Shown here: positions 58,723-64,000 of the stretch, piece after piece
Layout: every line of letters begins with the position of its first letter
How positions within the stretch are numbered: position 1 is the stretch's first letter
Assembly (NCBI GenBank): GCA_963675755.2
Contig: CAXXMD010000003.1
Coordinates: forward strand, 512,001-576,000
Direction of reading: 5' to 3'
Length of the DNA stretch: 64,000 nucleotides
Origin: a bacterium
GTDB taxonomy: Bacteria; Zhuqueibacterota; Zhuqueibacteria; Residuimicrobiales; Krinioviventaceae
Notes under the pieces: generated by a model
Told to the model about the DNA's origin: nothing
The model's input: only the letters and a program-made list of their open reading frames with translations
Databases searched by the model: none
Translations under genes and position numbers: made by a program

Positions 58723-59412
58723 TTAATAATTCCAAACAAACAATTTTTCAACAACTTTATAGAATCCTAAAAGAACATATCCCAAGGGCCCCGGAGTTAT
58801 ATGTGGTTTTGTGGATACGTGAATGGTGGAAAACTTTGCTAAATGAGACAAACGGTTCAATTCCCCTTTTAACAAATCAAGTTCTTTGTTCAATCTTTCC
58901 AATTCTTTTTCAACATTCAAAGCCGATTGTACGGATTCAGCCATTTCCAGTAATTCCAGATACCGGTGCCTTGACTTTTCGGCATTATCTAATCGGATCT
59001 CATAATCCCGATATTCACTGGTTACATCACTCCCTTTGATATTTTTATTCGTCACAATACCGAATGTTTCTACATCCTTTAGCACATCATCCAGACTACT
59101 GGTGGGTATACGTATTGAAGTTTTGGTATTGCTTGAAAGTAAAACATAACCCTTATATTTTTTTGCCAAATTTGAAACAGCATGGTGCACGGAATCCGGC
59201 GTATTGGTTTCAATGTCGATATTGGCAGTAAAAATTATTATACGCTTTTCTGAATTGTTTGTGGCAGAAAAATCATCCTGATTTTCGGTGCGTATAGTAT
59301 TCCTGTCCTGAGTTATATAAACTTTAGCACTGGTAATTTCCGGCGGTGGTCCGCATGCGGTAATCATAAAAAAATATGATAAAGCAATCAAAAGACTCTT
59401 TTTCGTTCTCAT
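58723..59412 (-). CDS. DUF4349-family lipoprotein
   Basis: Lipobox ITAC; IRIP, DVTSEY.D...RL, coiled coil, FSTI.V. Confidence 0.8.
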   Translation of the reverse strand: MRTKKSLLIALSYFFMITACGPPPEITSAKVYITQDRNTIRTENQDDFSATNNSEKRIIIFTANIDIETNTPDSVHHAVSNLAKKYKGYVLLSSNTKTSIRIPTSSLDDVLKDVETFGIVTNKNIKGSDVTSEYRDYEIRLDNAEKSRHRYLELLEMAESVQSALNVEKELERLNKELDLLKGELNRLSHLAKFSTIHVSTKPHITPGPLGYVLLGFYKVVEKLFVWNY

Positions 59413-59877
59413 TTTTTCTCCTTTTCTGATATTGACTGAATTTAAAATTCACAGACACTTCTCATAGTTACAAACGGACGAAAATATGATATTTTTTAAT
59501 GATTCATAAATATGACACCCCGGCACCCCTTTTGATATTTTACTTTATTAATTAATGGAATTCAATCATAATATGCAATTGAAAAACATCAGGGTACCCA
59601 CATTTTTAACGATTCGATCACAACAATATTTCATCCCTAATGGGATGAATTCATTTTTTAAATCATTCCCGGTTAGAAATCCCTTCGTATCCTTCTTTCC
59701 TTCGTGGTTCAATACTGTAGAACGAAATTCATATCGTTTGTCCGTCGCAGACGGACCCTTGATGATTACTGGATGTACAAAATGTTTATTAATAACTATG
59801 AAGGACCCAAAAAACTTGAAGAAAAACAATGAATTCACTAAAAAATATTAACATAGAATAATACTTGCCCCTAGACG

Positions 59878-59911
59878 AAAAAAGCCGCTACCCCAAAGGG
59901 GCAGCGGCTTT
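59878..59911 (-). terminator. intrinsic terminator
   Basis: Minus strand aaagccgctgcccc-ttt-ggggtagcggctttttt. Confidence 0.85.
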
Positions 59912-59914
59912 AAA

Positions 59915-60223
59915 TCAACAAGAAGACGCGCCGCTAAAAGCGACAATAAAACGTCCTCCGGAGAGATGTCTCACATAATCAACGATCAAACCACCGTAAA
60001 AACGAGTCATGTTGTCGACCTGCTTGTCCCAGATCAGGGTTATGCCCTCTTCAACAAAACTCCGGTCTTGATCTATGTCCTTTTCAGAAGCCTGTACCAG
60101 GCCCATACTGGGGCCGCCTCATCCAAATCCTAAAATCAATACACGAAATACCGGTTCTTTGATATCTCCGCTTGTCAAAAGTGTGTTGAATGCCTTTTTG
60201 GCTTCCTGCGTAATTTTAAACAT
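59915..60223 (-). CDS. HesB/IscA-like selenoprotein (UGA at codon 35 read as Sec), 102 aa
   Basis: GGAG RBS then MFKITQEAKKAF...VFRVLILGFG-TGA(60121-60119)-GGPSMGLVQ...SSC. GFGUGGP matches the HesB-like selenoprotein motif, and a hairpin follows the UGA. Confidence 0.85.
60088..60104 (-). promoter_or_regulatory. candidate bacterial SECIS element
   Basis: GGGCCUG-GUA-CAGGCUU stem-loop starting 15 nt after the UGA, with G first in the loop. Confidence 0.65.
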
Positions 60224-60369
60224 CATTTCTCCATAATAAATCATTTTACAGGTAATAATTAGATGCGCTATTCTTGAAAAAGATTCACATCCGTCCATTA
60301 TTTTAACAATGTAATCCGTTTCATTACCGATGTATTGTTTACTCGGGTTTGGACAACATAAATACCTGT

Positions 60370-60385
60370 TGCAACCGGCATACCA
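60370..60385 (-). promoter_or_regulatory. sigma54 promoter for the selenoprotein gene
   Basis: Minus strand TGGTATGCCGGTTGCA, GG-N10-GC. Confidence 0.65.
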
Positions 60386-60436
60386 TTAAAACAACTCTAA
60401 TATTTTATTAATGGTATAAACGAATAATACAAAAAC

Positions 60437-61186
60437 CTAGCCGTTCACAATCTTTATACTGGCGCTGGCGCCAATACGATTAGCCCCAGCTTTGACCATT
60501 GCAAGCGCGGTCTCGCGGTCACGAATACCACCGGCTGCTTTAACTCCTACAGAATCACCCACCACGCGACGCATTAACGCAACATCCTCAACCGTTGCAC
60601 CAGCCGCGTTAAATCCTGTCGATGTTTTAACAAACTGCGCACCCGCTTTTTTGGCAATAATGCATGCTGTGACTTTTTCTTCATCTGTCAACAAACAGGT
60701 TTCTATAATCACCTTAACAAGCGCGGGTTTGGCCGCTTCAACCACCCGATTAATATCACGATAGATAAAATCCAGATCACCGGTTTTCAGCATACCAACA
60801 TTAATAACCATATCAATCTCCATAGCCCCGTCAGAAACCGCACGTTTGGTTTCTTCTACCTTTAGACAGGTGGTATTGGTACCAAGGGGGAATCCGATTA
60901 CAGAGCATACATCTACTTTGGATCCAAACAACCGCTCAGACGCAGTCTTAACCCAATAGGGATTCACACACACGGATGCAAAGCCATACTGTTTGGCTTC
61001 ATCGCACAATTGTAATACCTGCTCACGGGTAGCTTCGGGTTTTAATATGGTATGGTCAATATACTTGGCCAGATTCGATGGCTCACCGGCTTCAGGCACA
61101 CTGCTTCCTTCCGGTTTACCGGTCACTTCGGCAATGACCTGATCAATAATACGATCTATATCTTTTTCCTGCATTTTATTCTCCAA
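60437..61186 (-). CDS. deoC: deoxyribose-phosphate aldolase
   Basis: [48 protein letters not shown]. Confidence 0.96.
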   Translation of the reverse strand: MENKMQEKDIDRIIDQVIAEVTGKPEGSSVPEAGEPSNLAKYIDHTILKPEATREQVLQLCDEAKQYGFASVCVNPYWVKTASERLFGSKVDVCSVIGFPLGTNTTCLKVEETKRAVSDGAMEIDMVINVGMLKTGDLDFIYRDINRVVEAAKPALVKVIIETCLLTDEEKVTACIIAKKAGAQFVKTSTGFNAAGATVEDVALMRRVVGDSVGVKAAGGIRDRETALAMVKAGANRIGASASIKIVNG

Positions 61187-62563
61187 TCAGGCTAAATTCT
61201 TTACTTTATTCTTAAACTGGTCTACCAGTTTTTGTGTTTCCGCTTCTGTGGGTGATTCCGCAATCACCCGGATAATGGGCTCTGTATTAGACGCACGGAT
61301 ATGTACCCATGCCTTGTCATACAAAATTTTCAATCCATCTATCAGATCAAGATTTTCATTAGCGTGAGCGGCCTCTAGCTTTTTCACCACACCTTTGGCG
61401 TCCGCGTCAAAGGGCAGTTCTATCTTGTCTTTGATCATGGTATAATGTGGAATACTGTCATACAATTCGCTAATTGCCTTGCCGCTTTCAGCCATATACT
61501 GCAATACCAGAGCAATACCTACCGGGGCATCACGACCGATATGAATTGCCGGATACATAACACCACCGTTACCTTCGCCCGCAATGACAGCGCCAACCTC
61601 TTTGGCCTTGACCGCTACATTAATTTCGCCCACTTTTGAGCGGTGCGCGGTTTTGCCATAATCCCTGGCAACATCATCGATCATTCGCGAGGTGGATGCA
61701 TTCACCACAATATCTCCCGGTGTTTTGGAAAGGATATAACGGCTCACACAAGCCAGTGTATACTCTTCACCCATGGGCTCACCCCTGTCCGATACCAGCG
61801 CCAATCGGTCCACATCCGGATCTACGGCAATACCCAGATCTGCTTCATATTTCTTGACCGCGTTACACAAATCGGTAAGATTTTGGGGAATCGGTTCGGG
61901 ACTACGAGGGAAAAATCCATTGGGTTCAGGATTCATATGTATCAATTCACAATTCAGTGCTTCCAGCAATGGCGGCACAATGGTTCCACCAGCGCCGTTA
62001 CAACTGTCCAGAACAATTCTAAATTTTTTGGGTTTGATTGTATCCGCATTGACCAAAGGCAGCGCAAGGATCTTGGCGATATGATCCTGAACCGCAGTAT
62101 CGTATGTAGTTACTTTGCCCATCTTGTCCCATGACGCAAAATTATAATCATTATCTTTAACGCGCTGCAAAACTTTTTCACCGGCCTCTGCGGTTAAAAA
62201 CAATCCGTTTTCTGCCAACAGCTTTAACGCGTTCCATTCACGGGGATTATGACTGGCGGTTATTATAATGCCGCCAACATGTCCGGACAATTCGGTAACC
62301 AGTTCAGTGGTAGGAGTAGAGCAAATGCCTACATCTACTATATCACACCCAACGGACATGAGACCCGCCCAAACAGCGTGTTTAACCATTTCGCCCGTGG
62401 CGCGTGAATCGCGACCTACAACAATTTTTCCGGGTCCCATTTCACTGCCGTATGCCTGGGCAAATTTCATGGCAACATCCGGGGTGAGGCCTTCACCCAC
62501 TATACCCCGTACACCGGAAACAGATATCATTAAATTTTTCAATTCACTCAAAATATACCTCAC
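61187..62563 (-). CDS. glmM: phosphoglucosamine mutase / phosphomannomutase
   Basis: SVSGVRG, ITASHNP, DPDVDR, GEGNGG, RASNTEP. The start may be a few codons later; substrate specificity is uncertain. Confidence 0.85.
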   Translation of the reverse strand: MRYILSELKNLMISVSGVRGIVGEGLTPDVAMKFAQAYGSEMGPGKIVVGRDSRATGEMVKHAVWAGLMSVGCDIVDVGICSTPTTELVTELSGHVGGIIITASHNPREWNALKLLAENGLFLTAEAGEKVLQRVKDNDYNFASWDKMGKVTTYDTAVQDHIAKILALPLVNADTIKPKKFRIVLDSCNGAGGTIVPPLLEALNCELIHMNPEPNGFFPRSPEPIPQNLTDLCNAVKKYEADLGIAVDPDVDRLALVSDRGEPMGEEYTLACVSRYILSKTPGDIVVNASTSRMIDDVARDYGKTAHRSKVGEINVAVKAKEVGAVIAGEGNGGVMYPAIHIGRDAPVGIALVLQYMAESGKAISELYDSIPHYTMIKDKIELPFDADAKGVVKKLEAAHANENLDLIDGLKILYDKAWVHIRASNTEPIIRVIAESPTEAETQKLVDQFKNKVKNLA

Positions 62564-62587
62564 GCTAAAAATTAGATCGGTTTAAAC

Positions 62588-63895
62588 TCAAATATAAGGA
62601 ACCAGACGCATATTTACAACCCCCGGTCTGGACAATTGTTCCACCTGCGCATCCAATGCTGGTTTTTCCTTTTCCGCTTCGTCCATAGATAAAGGTTTGC
62701 CCTTGTTCGGGAGAGTATGACCTATATCTGCCCGTAATGCACCATCATAGAGCTGACGACGTTGACGAACCAGGTTGAGCAGCTTGGCACCACGATAAGA
62801 AATATCAAACGCCGGAATGTCTGACAAATCCAACCCCTTTTCCAATTCCTCACGGGTGTATTTGCCCAACAGTTGTTTATCGTGATATACCGCATACCCC
62901 GCAACACCGGACTGGTTGACCTGCAATACAGGACAAATCAGTTTGTCATCCAATGCTGACAGCTTTTCCACACCCGGAACCTTGAGAAATACCGGGACCT
63001 TTAAGGTCCAGTCAAAATGCACATCTCCACCGGGGAAAGAGACATTTTTCACACTACCGGAAATCTTTTTGTCCTGAATGCGTACTTTGGTAATCTCTGT
63101 TACCGGGAATTCATTCCAGGCCTTTAAAATGGTTTCTGCCATAATCCAGTGCCCTGCAGGACCGGGGTGTACGCCGTCTCTTGCGAGATAATAGTCGGGA
63201 TCCTGTTGACGGTTCTTGCGCAAATGTTCTACCATGGGTGTGTGGATATCCACTGGTGTTATATCCGGTGCGGATAAAGTCATGATCCATTCGCCATAAT
63301 GATTCAACACATTATCATAGTTTTCATAGGGCGTCTGATATCCAAATTGCGGAGCATCCTCCTCTACGGTTTTATCTTTGACCGGCACGGGATCATAAGG
63401 CGGTGGAGTGATCACATACTGGTGCTGAGCGCCCGCGGCCCGTACCTTTTCAATTACTTTTTCAATACCCGCCTTGTACGCGGCAAAACGCTCTTCAGAC
63501 AGGGGAGCATAAATACCGTCATTCATACCGTAACAGGTCATTACAACATCCGGTTGGGTACGCTCTAGTATACGATCCAGCCGGTCATGTACATTGGGGC
63601 GCGGATACGGGTGTACCGGTTCCGTCAATCCGCATACGGTCTCGCTTGACAAACCAAGCCCCACAATATTGAAATGCTTGTCAGGATATTTTGCCAGCAG
63701 GAATGTTTCAATAAAATTCACATACGTTGCATCATGAGTAATACTGTCACCGATGAACAATAAAGTTTGTCCGTCCTTTAATACCGATTTAGCAACAGTG
63801 TTATTTTGAGATTTTGAGCATTGCACGAATCCACCAAAAACAACCGGTGCTGCTGCACTGCTCAATAAAGTTTGAATAAACGCTCTTCGTTTCAT
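62588..63895 (-). CDS. SGNH/GDSL hydrolase, Tat lipoprotein
   Basis: KRRAFI Tat motif and Cys; GDSIT, YGMND, DGVHP. Confidence 0.88.
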   Translation of the reverse strand: MKRRAFIQTLLSSAAAPVVFGGFVQCSKSQNNTVAKSVLKDGQTLLFIGDSITHDATYVNFIETFLLAKYPDKHFNIVGLGLSSETVCGLTEPVHPYPRPNVHDRLDRILERTQPDVVMTCYGMNDGIYAPLSEERFAAYKAGIEKVIEKVRAAGAQHQYVITPPPYDPVPVKDKTVEEDAPQFGYQTPYENYDNVLNHYGEWIMTLSAPDITPVDIHTPMVEHLRKNRQQDPDYYLARDGVHPGPAGHWIMAETILKAWNEFPVTEITKVRIQDKKISGSVKNVSFPGGDVHFDWTLKVPVFLKVPGVEKLSALDDKLICPVLQVNQSGVAGYAVYHDKQLLGKYTREELEKGLDLSDIPAFDISYRGAKLLNLVRQRRQLYDGALRADIGHTLPNKGKPLSMDEAEKEKPALDAQVEQLSRPGVVNMRLVPYI

Positions 63896-63903
63896 AATTC
63901 CCT

Positions 63904-64000
63904 CTATTTTTGTGCGGCCAACAGATACGAACCATCTCTGTCGGTTTTTAAATCATATACATACCATGTCTTTTCCACAACCTCTACCAGTTGCGCTGAA
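63904..64000 (-). CDS. 3' end of a gene entering from beyond the window
   Basis: Open frame ...SAQLVEVVEKTWYVYDLKTDRDGSYLLAAQK-stop, ending at the RBS of the next gene. Confidence 0.5.
   Translation of the reverse strand, partial: SAQLVEVVEKTWYVYDLKTDRDGSYLLAAQK

Noticed and set aside
54259-59412. Integron cassette array (run of short co-oriented genes)
   Set aside because: I found no RYYYAAC...GTTRRRY attC boxes after the stop codons and no integrase; the intergenic palindromes fit REP-like families instead.
59885-59917. Second selenocysteine at the terminal Cys-UGA of the HesB-like gene
   Set aside because: The following hairpin is a GC-rich stem with a U-tract typical of a terminator, and this family commonly ends at a C-terminal Cys. 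Treated as a true stop.

Overview
AT-rich bacterial chromosomal window with no rRNA, tRNA, CRISPR array or intact mobile-element gene. Several secreted proteins end in a YPNPFN / FlgD-Ig type-IX-secretion-like sorting domain and there are many Tat/Sec-exported sugar enzymes, which suggests an FCB-group anaerobe such as KSB1 or Calditrichota (inference only). Contents in order: a PAS histidine kinase and NtrC-type activator, then a sigma54-type cheW plus three-chemoreceptor cluster (1.6-14.1 kb); secreted or outer-membrane proteins and an EF-hand protein (14-23.6 kb); a TetR/oxidoreductase operon and carbohydrate enzymes (23.6-34.7 kb); a Cys-rich MerR-family gene divergent from a nine-heme cytochrome c with a T9SS-like tail (34.9-38.3 kb); accessory genes interspersed with dense palindromic REP-like repeats (42.7-46 kb and 56.7-59.8 kb); and deoC-glmM at the end. 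Best observations not captured by the ORF track: (1) a HesB-like selenoprotein with an in-frame UGA and SECIS-like hairpin (59915-60223); (2) a family of TGGAGT-tagged double-hairpin repeats with extensive compensatory base changes that pair into 160-172 bp elements; (3) a cassette-like gene-plus-hairpin arrangement with a leftover gene tail at 44.9-46.0 kb; (4) the secreted nonaheme cytochrome and its MerR partner with candidate operators; (5) mosaic, partly homogenised chemoreceptor genes with their own sigma54 promoters.
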